From Octopus sinensis (lineage: Eukaryota): DNA of 64,000 nt. The notes under the pieces were generated by a model. The model was not told the origin of the DNA. It did no database searches and was given only the letters and a program-made list of their open reading frames with translations. Below are positions 41,785 through 53,461 of this stretch, one piece after another (the stretch's first letter is position 1; every line of letters begins with the position of its first letter). The stretch covers positions 79,422,001-79,486,000 of the forward strand of contig NC_042999.1 in NCBI RefSeq assembly GCF_006345805.1. The letters run 5' to 3'. The position numbers and the translations under genes are program-made.

Positions 41785-42844
41785 CACATGTCTGTGTGTG
41801 GGTGGGTATAACTATATATAAATATAAATGTATATACGTGTGTGTGTGTTTATATATATATATGTTTGTGTGTATGTGCCTATGTGTCTGTGATTGTGTG
41901 TTTGCATGCATGCTATATGAGTGTGATTGCATGATTCTGTATTTGTTTATAAACCAAAAGCGAAATGATACACAAATCCCCACACTCCTTCTTCGCACAT
42001 GCATACATACACATGGTAAGATATAACAGGAGAAATGCAAGTTTTTCCCACGAATTTTGATAAGTGGAATTACTATCAAATATCTTTTTAATATACGATT
42101 TTTTTTCATAGAAGAATTATTAAAAATACTAAGAAATTGGCAAATCTAAAAGACGAAGTTATTAACCAATTTAGTTTGACAGAAACAATTATGTTTCTTT
42201 CACGCTTCTTTACATTTCCAGAGTCAGACAGTTATATATAACTAACTGCTGTGTAGTTTTGAATATCATTCAATACATGCCTGTTTCAATATAATTCTTC
42301 CTCTTTATCAACGTTCAATGAACGAAGTGTTTCGACTTAAAAATCGAGTACTCTTATTGGATATATTATTATATTTAAAATTATAATAATACATTATCAC
42401 ATTCAAAATGATAATATATTCTTTATATCTTAAAATGCTTTGTCTTATAATTGGCCGTCTTTGTGTTCAAATTAAGAGCATCGAGTTCCTTGTGTATGTA
42501 AGATGTTTGAGGTGTGTGAGAAGCATTAAGACGAAGTTTTTCATGTGAAATTAACAATAGCAAGGGAATATTTATAGGTAGGAAGGTTCGCTACTGAAAG
42601 GAGAGTCAAATATATTTATTAAAATATATTCTAACAGATATTCAGGTTCGCCTACGGTTTCTTCTAAAGGCTGATCAAGATGTCAAGCAAAACTGTAATC
42701 GACACGAACTTTACTATATTTTGGGTCCAGCCCCACTATGTGGCACCTTAGGCAAGTGTCTTCTTCTTTGGGCCCAGATCGACTAAAGCCTTGTCAGAGA
42801 ATTTGATAGACGGAAAATGAAAAAGCCCATCGAGTGTACACATA

Positions 42845-43102
42845 GTCGCCATGATTCATTATTTTCTTCCTGTTTATTTCCTCATATTCCTTTCTGTTGA
42901 AGAGCGTAAGCTCGAAACGTAAAAGACTTTCTCAACTTCCCGAGCATCAAAGTAATACACCTGTTGTTCATACACGTGTCTTCATCTTTTGTTTTTCTGC
43001 AGGCTCGAAACGTTAAAGACTTTTTCACTTCCCGAGTGTTAAACTAATACACCTGTCCGTTGTCTACACCACCTTTCTTTGTTTTTTTTTGGGGAATTCT
43101 CC
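42845..43102 (+). mobile_element. Penelope-like pseudo-LTR fragment, partial tandem repeat, with a minimal hammerhead-like motif
   Basis: GCTCGAAACGT(A/T)AAAGACTTT..CACTTCCCGAG..AA.TAATACACCTG repeated at about 42910 and 43003; homologue at 59973-60165(-). Confidence 0.6.
42890..42925 (+). ncRNA. Minimal type I hammerhead-like motif (A6U core variant)
   Basis: CTTT-CTGTTGA-A-GAGC-GTAA-GCTC-GAAA-CG-TA-AAAG. Confidence 0.45.
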
Positions 43103-43207
43103 ATATATATATATATATATATAATTTTTTTCGAGGGAAATAACGCACTTTTCGGGGATTCTAACGAAACAACCACGTTTAGTTAGACGTAAAGATTGAA
43201 ATTATTT

Positions 43208-43280
<73 letters not shown>

Positions 43281-43284
<4 letters not shown>

Positions 43285-43760
43285 AGTATAAGACAAGGTA
43301 GAAAATGCTAAAACAATTTTATCATGAAATACATTTTGAAACGGTTAGTACCGGTTTCAGTCTTTTCGACATCTTCAATTAAGAGTAAAACAAAGGTGGA
43401 TATTTATTAAGAAGGAAAACAGTTAGACTGAAGAAAAATTAAATTACATGTTTTGTAAATATTTCCATAGTCTTCAAATATGTAGGACATTTTCCTTTTT
43501 TGTCTCTATTTTCACAAAAGAAAAGAGAGAGAGAGACATAAGAAAGGAAAATGTCCTACCTATTTGAAGACTATGGAAATATTTACAAAACATTTCATTT
43601 ATTTTTTTTCTTCAATTTAATTGTTTTTCTTCTTAATAAACATCCACTTTTGTTTTACACATCTGAAAAAGTCAAAAAGGCTAAAACCGGTACTAACCGT
43701 TACAAAATGTATTTCGTGATAAAATTGTTTTAGCATTTTCTAACCTGTATCATTTTCCTT
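43281..43760. mobile_element. Imperfect palindrome of about 480 bp (inverted Penelope-like pLTR pair), each arm with a decayed hammerhead motif
   Basis: The left arm is the reverse complement of the right arm over about 230 bp; flanked by (TA)n. Confidence 0.7.
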
Positions 43761-44907
43761 ATAGTCGTGTATTACTTTTCAACCTTCTATACACACACAC
43801 ACACATATATATATATGTACATACGTGTGTGTGTGTGCGCGCACGTTTTTTCCGTTTGTCACCCACTACCACGTGACGATGATGATGGTTGTTGTTTAGT
43901 TATATATATATATATATATACACACACACATATATAAGATGTAAAATTCTATTCCCTTAAAGGCTTCACTAAACTCTGTGCAAAAACATAGTTTTGTCAT
44001 TGTTGTTATATTGACAAAATATTTATTACTGTTATTATCAAAATACCATCTGTTCCCAATTCATAAACTTTATTATAAAATTCCAAAAGCCAAAAGTAGA
44101 CCACTTGTATAGTGGAGATTTACTCGTAGAAAGGTACATATACATATTCGTACTTAGAAGGAGCTATATTTTCAACTGTATAAATAATCTTGTGCACGAA
44201 TGTGCGTGTGAGTATGTGTATAAAAATATAAATATAACTATAAGTGTGTGCTTGCGCGTGTGTGTGTGTGTGTGTGTGTATGTGTGTGTGTGTGCTGTGC
44301 ATCTACTTATATATATGATTGTGAATATTTTATGAGAGAGATTTTAAACATATACAGCAATAGAGACAGCAAAGCAATTTTTAAAATTATCAGTAGAAAT
44401 AAAATTTTCATTGTTTTCTGTTTCTTTTTCTTTATACTTTCTTTTCTTTATCTCCTTCTTACTTCTTTCCTTTCCTTCTGAATTTTAATCCATCTTCCAT
44501 ATTCTCGCCAAAACTTATAAATAATTGACCTAATACCTCTAATAATTTTCTGTATAAATAATTAACACGTTTACAAACACAAACTCACGCACATACACAC
44601 TTGTACATGTATAAAGGTACTTATATAAAAAAATTATATAAATTATATATATATATACATATAAATACATATATATACGCAACACATACTAATATACATA
44701 GTTATATACACACACAAACTATCTTATAGCATTATAAATTTATTCGTACCTATTTACATCCCTCTGTACTCAAACACATCTACATACGAACACGTGTGCA
44801 CTTACAGCTTCACAGGTATTCAGCTACAAATATACATACATACATAATACATACATACATACATACATACATACATACATACATACATACATACGTACAT
44901 ACATACA

Positions 44908-44955
<48 letters not shown>

Positions 44956-44978
44956 CACACATATATATATATATATAT

Positions 44979-45347
44979 AGTTGTTAAAGAGGACAAGAAA
45001 CGTTAAGACAGGGCAAGCATCTCGACTCATATATACCATTGTTATTGGTAAAAATTCAAAGTCTTACAGCTGTTTCTGGGATATTCTGTCATCGGAAACT
45101 AATAGGGAAAATGAGAAGGCTATAGATTAATGAAATGCCTACATAGAGGACAGGAGTAAAGGAATAAGGAGATGAAGAAAGAGAAGAAAAAAGAAGCATA
45201 AAAGTTCGCTGTTTAATATTAACAAACTCTGGGATATCTCAGAAACAGCTGTGTGACTTTGAATTTTTTTTCCAATAATAATAATAATAGTGTATATGAA
45301 TTGAGAAGTTTTTCTTGCTTTAACGTTTGTTATCCTCTTTAACAATT
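44979..45347. mobile_element. Fold-back element with inverted arms of about 110 bp and a hammerhead-like motif
   Basis: AGTTGTTAAAGAGGA...CAGCTGTTTCTGGGATAT / ATATCTCAGAAACAGCTG...TCCTCTTTAACAATT; flanked by TA repeats. Confidence 0.7.
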
Positions 45348-45468
45348 ATATATCTGCTATATCGGAAATCTGCAATGGTTCCATAAAAACCGTCTCGGCT
45401 GTAACCTTGGTGTCGTGTCCTAGTACTCCGTTACAGCGTACGTAATCATTTAGATTACCTATTTTGTG

Positions 45469-45558
<90 letters not shown>

Positions 45559-46004
45559 ATATATATATATATACATATACATACATATATATGTGTGTCT
45601 GTGTGTGTATACAAATATATGGATATGTGCGAATGTATGTATGTATACACATACATATGTGTACACATATTGAAATGTTTAGAAGAACAAGTAATGAAGA
45701 GAAAACAATCAATAGAAAACAAACTTGAAAACGTCTGAATTACAGTTTATAATATCGTAGATTATATTATAACTATTTGTACTAAGTTAAAAAAGTTGGT
45801 TCAAAAATATTTTCTTGCGTCTTGTCAAGATAATTTTTATAAAAGATAAAACTGACAATATATTTATTAAGGTGGACATCTGTTTATGTGTGTGTACGAA
45901 TTTTATGGTGTGTGTGTGTGTGTGTGTGTGCGTGTGTGTGTGTGTGTGTGCGTGTGTGTGAATATGTGTGTTTTATAATCCACTGTTTAATTGTAATTGC
46001 TATT

Positions 46005-46060
46005 GACTACAATCGGTTTCATGCGTTGTAAATAATTACATAAAACACTCATCAGGTTCC
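46005..46060 (-). ncRNA. Hammerhead-like motif with intact core boxes
   Basis: Minus strand: AC-CTGATGA-GTGTT..GTAA-TTAT-TTAC-AACGCAT-GAAA-CCGATTG-TA-GT; stem I has only 2 bp. Confidence 0.4.
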
Positions 46061-46501
46061 TTTGGAATTCATTTTCTTCACAATTTTCGACATGCGAAAA
46101 GTGAAGGGAAAGGACTATCTGAAAAGCAAATGAATGCATGATGGAATTATTACAGAATGCACGAAAGAGCCTGTAGCCAATAACACTTGTAATCTAACAG
46201 TGGGCTGTATTATGCAATTAAAATCTACCAGTCTGTTAATGAGTGCATTCTCATCTGATATATGTACTCAATGCTTCTATAGTATATTTTACTGAAGGTA
46301 TAGTTTATACCGTTTCGGCTATTTAGAGTCTCATGCCTTTTTGAATTGCGGCAGATGCAAATTCAGTTTAAATCCTAACTGAAGTTAACTTGACCGTCCT
46401 AAAACATTAATCCATGACCACAATGTTGTAACAATGTTGTATCAAATGTGCACATCTACATACCTATAAATACAAATATTCACATACACTGCACACACAT
46501 C

Positions 46502-46532
<31 letters not shown>

Positions 46533-46740
46533 CACATTCATACATACATACACACACACACACACACGTGTGTATGGCACCTAGCAATCGGTTGTGCAAT
46601 TTGCAACTTCAATTGCTTCTTTTCTGAATTCAGCTCACTGTTTTATGTCTTTGTATTGGTGCAGCAAAGAAAGATTACTGTATGACTATAGCTGTCACTA
46701 GAACATCATTTTAGTAATTTTTATTCTCTTATTGGTAAAT

Positions 46741-47036
46741 AGGAGGGTGCCTGCTGATGCGATCAACGAAACAGCTTGCTCGTGAAATTAATGTACAAGT
46801 GGCTGAGCACTCCACAGACACCTGTACCCTTAACATAGTTCTCAGGGGGATTCAGCATGACACAGTGTGACAAGACTGGCCCTTTGAAATATAGGGACTA
46901 CTCATTTTTGCCAGCTGTGTGGACTGTAGCAACGTGAAATAAAGTGTCTTGCTCAAGGACACAACGCGTCGGCGGGAAGCGAACTTACATCACGATTGTG
47001 AGCCGAATGCCCTGACTACTAAGCCACGCGCCTTCA
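46741..47036 (-). mobile_element. SINE family C
   Basis: Homologous to 9701-10029 along its length. Confidence 0.88.
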
Positions 47037-47200
47037 TGGGTAAATATATAGATATGATATTGGGATAATACGGTGGTCACCGGGAAGTGATATATGCTCA
47101 AAGCTTTTACGAACAAGCAGTGTCAGTATATATGTATGTGTATATATATGTGTGTATATATACATTTACATATATACACACAAATATACACATGTATTCA

Positions 47201-47259
<59 letters not shown>

Positions 47260-47382
47260 ATGTACATAAATTCATATATATATTTATAATATATATATAT
47301 ATATATATACATAAATTCATATATATATTTATAATATATATATATATATACATAAATTCATATATATATTTATAATATATAT

Positions 47383-47414
<32 letters not shown>

Positions 47415-47534
47415 CACACATATGTACACACAAACACACACACATACATATATATGTAAATATCCCCATAAATATGTGTACCTGAAATTATTGTTCATCT
47501 ATGTTTTTCTAAATATGTATATATTTATAATAAG

Positions 47535-47601
<67 letters not shown>

Positions 47602-47750
47602 TTATATATATATATATATATACGCTGGTTTACAGAAGCACACACATATATGCATACTGTCTACGTGCATGCGTATATGCATTTATATACAGATGTATGT
47701 GTAAACATCAAATTACTAGTGTGAAAGATTTCTTAAAACTTCATATTTAC

Positions 47751-48614
47751 CTGTTTGAATTGTTCTTGGAACGTCCAGTGATGGGAGGGTCCTGTGCTGT
47801 CCAAACCTGGTGTCGATGCTGTGTGACTGGGGACCGATGTCGGTGAAACAGATGGTAAACTGCCCACACCCGGCAGTCCCCGGTTTGGGTTGACCACCCC
47901 GGCACTGGCGGCAGCTGCGGCAGCCGCAGCGGCGGCGAAACGTTCCAAATAAGCAGCATGGTTAATAATGTCAATCCGAGTGTGGTCCGGCTTCATATCC
48001 GGAGCTACACCACCACCACCTCCTCCGCCTCCTCCTCCACCACCACCACCTCCACCACCACCGCCACCTCCCCCTGGTCCACCACTGCCTGTTGTACTAC
48101 TACCATTACCAGCACCACTACCACTACTACTGCTTCCACCTATTCTACTGTGTGCACCTGGTGGTGAGGAAATATAGTCTGTCGTTGATCCGTTTCCACC
48201 ACCTCCACCGCCGCTGCTGTTGTTACCGCCACTACTACCACCACCATTTCCACTACTTCCGCTACTACCTCCTCCACTACTACTGCCACTTCCACCACCA
48301 CTGATAACGCCCGTACCGCCAATCGCTGACGAGCTTGTGTGTTTTCGCACTAAATCCTGTTCGCGTTGCTGCTGAATGCGCTCGTGTAGGCGCAAGTCCT
48401 TGGCACGCATTTCTTCGTGTTGACGGGCAATCGCCTCCTCGTGCGCCTTCAGTTCACGCTCTATCTCTTCACGCTCTTCGCGTTCTTGTTGTTTGAGTTT
48501 CTCGTACAGTTCCCTGTCAGCCGGGTCCATTTTGTCTGTGCAGATCTCACTCTCATCTCCGTTTTCACTAGCATTGTCTGAATCCACATCAGACTCGTTT
48601 AGACCGCTGTTCGA
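47751..48614 (-). CDS. ARID3: Internal coding exon (288 codons, phase 0/0) of a dead ringer/retained (ARID3 family) transcription factor; N-terminal region up to the extended ARID domain
   Basis: GC-rich open frame; acceptor CTTCTCTTGCAG| and donor CAG|GTAAAT; ends HHWTFQEQFKQ, matching the conserved W(T/S)FEEQFKQ that precedes LYE..DDP.RKEFLDDLF in dri/ARID3; acidic N-terminus, E/R/K coiled coil, poly-Gly and poly-Ala. Confidence 0.85.
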
Positions 48615-48694
48615 CTGCAAGAGAAGCAAGAAAATAATAATGAATTATTAAAAAAAATGTGTTGAATATTGTTATGTAAATGATAAGGATGATT

Positions 48695-48755
<61 letters not shown>

Positions 48756-48814
48756 CTGTGGAGAAGTACGCTGAAAAATAAAGTAAACCAAATTAGCTGA
48801 TGAATTAAAAACAT

Positions 48815-48975
48815 TATGGATGTTAAGGAATGCGTGTTATCATCCCAATTGTAATTGGCACAGCTGGCATGAAACACAAGCATTTGTTTAAAGACATTCA
48901 CAGATATTCTATAAGGATAGGCATTGGCATGTACCAGAAAATAGCAATACCAGGATTTGTAAATATTGTGACTGC
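48815..48975 (+). mobile_element. Degenerate R4-like LINE 3' ORF fragment
   Basis: VIIPIVIGTAG...YQKIAI-like C-terminal motif, shortly downstream of (TAA)n. Confidence 0.45.
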
Positions 48976-49227
48976 AATTTCACACAGCATTTATTAACCT
49001 CGAACAATTTTTATGCATATTTTCCAATATGTACGTAATTTATTTTTTCGCGACAGGAAACCTCTGCAATATTTTTAAAACATTAACAATAACAACAACA
49101 ACAATAATAATTATTACTGTTATTATTATAATGATAATAATATTTCCAGCTATAAGCAAGAGGCCTAACATTTTTGGGGAAGGAGCTAGTCGATGTAATC
49201 AATCCCAGTGTACAACTCGTATTTATT

Positions 49228-49480
49228 GAAGAAGATAGTCCCAATTATTGTTAGGTCTTTGGGGAACAGTATCAGAAGGCATCAAAAGGAATATAAAGGA
49301 AATTGGAATAGAGTGACTTGTACTGTTACAAAAGGTTCGCCTCCTTGACACAACCAGAATAAACAGGAAAGTATCAGATAGCTGAAAAGAACAAATAGCA
49401 AGGTACCGAAGTCTGCAGATAGTAAGTGCGCTATGCATTCGAGACTCTAAGAGATGTAACAAAACCTGTGATAAAGGGGA
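49228..49480 (+). mobile_element. R4/Dong-like LINE 3' end
   Basis: KIVPIIV..LGTVSEGIKRNIKEIGIE..LLQKV.LL..TRI.RKV; homologous to 55350-55600; ends at TAA-like repeats. Confidence 0.7.
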
Positions 49481-49500
49481 AATAATGATATTAATAATAA

Positions 49501-50022
49501 CCTCTCATGGATTGGGATCTTAAATGATTGGAAGTGTACATTATTTTGTCTTGGTATAAAAGATGGGCTACAGCAAATATTCTGCCCAATACAACAGATT
49601 TGCTTGTCAATTGTTTGACCTTAACCAGTTGACCATGCCCTTTAGTGGCTGACGATAGGCGCATCTTTGATAACGAGGAGATGTATTGTGGGAACATCAT
49701 AGCCATGTGTTGAGAGGAATCCTTTAGGGTTTGGATTATTCGCCTTTGGGAACATGGGTGTTTTGTTCAACATCCTTAAACAACCCTTATTCAACCCTGC
49801 TTTTGAGTAGGATGGGCTACGCGACCTGAACAAAACTCTAGCTGGGCCCCACATGCAAGGTCATTCATGCGCTGTTTATTTTGATATGAGATCACCGTGT
49901 CGCGCTCACATGGTTGTGCAGCATATGCCTGGTGCACCCTTATTTGTTATACCCTTATCATGATGGGTATACTGGCATTTTACCCCAGTTTCACTTTGAT
50001 GGCATGCGCTGCTCTCTCGCTC

Positions 50023-50023
<1 letters not shown>
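49501..50023 (+). mobile_element. LINE 3'-terminal fragment flanked by (TAA)n
   Basis: Ends GCTCTCTCGCTCAATAATAA, the same terminus as the main element at 53447-53465. Confidence 0.6.
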
Positions 50024-50098
<75 letters not shown>

Positions 50099-50119
50099 TT
50101 GATGATGATGATGATTATT

Positions 50120-50635
50120 ATTATTTCTTTGTTGGCTACAAGGGCCCAATACATGGAGGACAATATCAAAGGAAGAGTTACAACACACAAAAAGAAAAAA
50201 ATTACAAGAACATGTGGGGTTAACATCGATCAAGGAGAGAAACTGTCTCACTAAAGGATCTAACAAAAGATATATAATAGAAAGTAGAGTAATAAATAAT
50301 AAGTAAATAAATAGAATTCCCAGTCGTAGAGCAGTCCACTAAGGGTAATCTTGGGTAAAGCCCCACAAAAATCACAGATTAATTTGCCATCCTCATGGCA
50401 TGGGAAAGTACTCTCCTGATAAGAAAATCATATTCAGAGTAGATCCTTTCAGTTTGAACAATCTTGCCACTATCGACCACAAATAATAACCAGCATTGCT
50501 TGGAACTGAAGGAATTTATCCGCAGTATTCTTGAAGCATAACCAGTAAACATGTAAATTTTAGTCTGCTGGCTATGGGTAGCTGACACTTTCCCTCATAC
50601 TCAGCAAAATAAGCTGAGAGTCTTTCGTCAAAACA
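50120..50635 (-). mobile_element. 3' end of a different LINE (possibly L1/Tx1-like), degenerate
   Basis: Broken ORF ending RRVLSHAMRMAN*, a short 3' region and a tail ending in a TAA/CAT repeat; family assignment is from recall only. Confidence 0.4.
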
Positions 50636-50707
50636 TGATTATGATAATAATAATTAAAATAATAATAATAATGATGATGATGATGATAATAATAATAATA
50701 ATAATAA

Positions 50708-53461
50708 AGGAAGCAGGTGGAGCCTCTCCATCTCCGGATTAACGATACATCTCGTGATGATGTCACAATAAAAACAATGGTAATTGCGCAACCTGATAAT
50801 CGCCACCTCATATGAGTGACAATGAAAAAACAAAATATTGTGAATAACGGTGGTAACGAAACTGACAGTGTTGCACCCGGCAGGCTCAGAGATTCTGGTC
50901 CAGCTCCAGCCTGTCGATATCCAGAAAGGGACCACCACACACGGCATAGATGGAGCAAGCAAATTAATGCTGAGCAACCCGGTAGATGAAAGTGATGCTC
51001 AAATTAGGGGTTACCGACAACGTATGTATGATCATTGGAGGGAAAAGGGATTGTTTCAACTCACAGAACAGAGACTACGTGATTAAGCTAGAGCAATAAG
51101 AAAACATCGTTGGTTCACATAAGTAGATCTCGAAGCTATCAAAAGGCGGCTCTTGGAAAATAGCAGCAGAGATAATGATGAAAATGCAGTTCTTACTAAT
51201 AGAAGTAATCTCTTAGCACAGGAAAGGAGAAGTGGTAGTTTACTTGATATTAGGCATATAGCTGATCTAAAAGAAGACAATGAAGCTAATGGCTACATGA
51301 CAATGGACAAAAGGCAATCTACGACAGAATAAAGGCAAGACTACTGGAGAACGATAGCGACATTATTTTCAAGCTTAAAAAGGTAGGTCGGTGGAAATTG
51401 AGCCAAGAAAAATGTCAATGACATTCTGAAACACATCAAAACAAACATCGCAGAAACAAATAATTTGATCAAGGCGGCAAGTATTGTAGCAGAAAACGTG
51501 GGTGTTGATGTCAAGAAAAAGAAATATAATGACAGTGACAAAAGAAAAGATCCAGAGTGGAAAAGTATACAGGCAGGGTTGGATATGCTCTCGAAGGACA
51601 TTTCTGTGTTATACCGAAAAGAAAAGGGTGAGGGCTTAAAAGCGAAAAAAATTACAGGGCGCTGAAAAGGAAGTATAATATTGAAAGAAAGTGCTTGAAA
51701 GTGGTAATGGAGGAACTGAAACAGCGTCTCGTTGCAAAGAAAACAGAGATGGTAAGATACGACCAAAGAATGAAAGGTTACCACCAGAATAGGTTATTCA
51801 GAGTTGATCAGAAATAAAGAAATAAATGGAGAGTGTACAGATGAAAAGTTGATATTAGATAACAATGAAAGTCAAATATTTTGGAGTGACATCTGGAGCA
51901 AAGACAAGGAGCACAAGAAGGATGCTGAATGGTTGCAAGAACTGAAACAAACAGTAGTTTGTCCCAAACAGACAGAACTAGTAATTTCAGTTAGGGAAGT
52001 GAAGGAAATCAGCAAAAAGATGAGCAACTGGAAGGCCCCAGGACCAGATGGATTTCAACGCTATTGGATCAAAAGATTTGGTGAATGTCATGCACGAATA
52101 GCTGCGCAACTCAACACCTTGTTAAATGCCGATCAAGTAACACTGGAGTGGTTGATAGAGGGTAGGACAGTGCACTGCTTGAAAAACAACGAAAAAGGCA
52201 ATACTGTAGACATTTACAAGCCGATATATTGTTTGCCACTTAAGTGGAAATTATTGACTGGAATACTCGCAGAGTCAATGCACGAACATCAGGAAAAAAA
52301 TAGAGTCTCGCCACATGAGCAGAAGGGTTGCAAGCGTAAGTGCAGAGGTAGCAAGTATCAACTCCTAATAGACAAAACTGTATTGCAAGAGGAGGAAAAG
52401 TAACTTAACCGTGTCATAGATCGACTATCGTACACTCTTGGATAAGAGTGTGAATTATCCCCACTGATCTTTGTACTGAGCTTGATACCACTAACACTGA
52501 TTCTGAGGAAAGCAAAAGCTGGGTTTGTATTCAAAAGCCACCAACAAAAAGTCAACCATTTGTTATTCATGGATGACCTCAAACTTTATGGTAAAAAGAA
52601 GCCCAAGTCAGTTCAATTTGATATGGTGTATACTTTCAGTGCTGATATCAGAATGGAGTTCGGACTCAGAAAGTGTGTTGTGTAAGTCTTGAAGAGAGGC
52701 AAAATCAAATGTAGGGTGGGGGCTAACGATACCGTCGGGGGAGGTCATAAAGCAGATAGAAGAGACGGGCTATAAGTACTTGGAGATTTTGGAAATGGTT
52801 AAATTGATTCAGAAAGAAATGACAGAAAAATTTAAGGTGGAGTACTTGCGCAGAGTGAGACTGATCCTTAAGTCGAAATTAAACGGACGGAATAAGATTG
52901 ATGCTATCGACACCTGGGCAGTTTCACTAGTTTGATACGGAGCAGGGGTAATCGTATGGACAGTAGACGAACTAAACAGCTTAGACAGAAAAACAAGGAA
53001 GTTGCTAACTAGATATGGGACACTCCACCCAAAAAGTGACTCAGTCAGATTGTATGTACCAAGAAAAAGATGGGGAAGAGGACTTATGGGCTGCGAATAC
53101 AGCATTAGAGCATAAGAAAACAACATAGCATGGTATGTAAAAAAGACTACAGAACCACTAGTATTGGAAGTAAGAAGGTCAGGCTTTTGTAGGATGCAAA
53201 CATAAAGCACTGAACAAGCAATTGAAAACGAATGAAATTGAAAATAGGTGGGTCAAGAAAAGAATGCATGGTCAATTTTACAGGGATGTTGAAGATAAGA
53301 CAGACAGAGAAGAAAGATGGCTGTGGATGACTAAAAGTGATTGAAAACCGGAAAAGGAGGCTCTCTTCTGTGCTGCCCAAGAGCAAACAATAAGAACAAA
53401 CTACATAAAATACAGAATAGACGACACATCAGGAATTGATAAGTGCAGCTCTCTCACTCAA
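50708..53461 (+). mobile_element. R4/Dong-clade non-LTR retrotransposon, pseudogenised and internally deleted
   Basis: Motifs GYRQRM..W, TEQRL.D, NWKAPGPDG, PI.CLP..WKLLTGI, EQKG, QLLID, LSPL.F, HLLFMDDLKLY, MEFGL.KC, YKYL, LDRKTRKLL...LHPKSD..RLYVPRK..GRGL; many stops and frameshifts; (TAA)n on both sides. Confidence 0.9.

Noticed and set aside
47958-48322. Poly-Pro, poly-Thr and poly-His ORFs overlapping the exon
   Set aside because: Antisense or alternative-frame shadows of the Gly-rich coding exon
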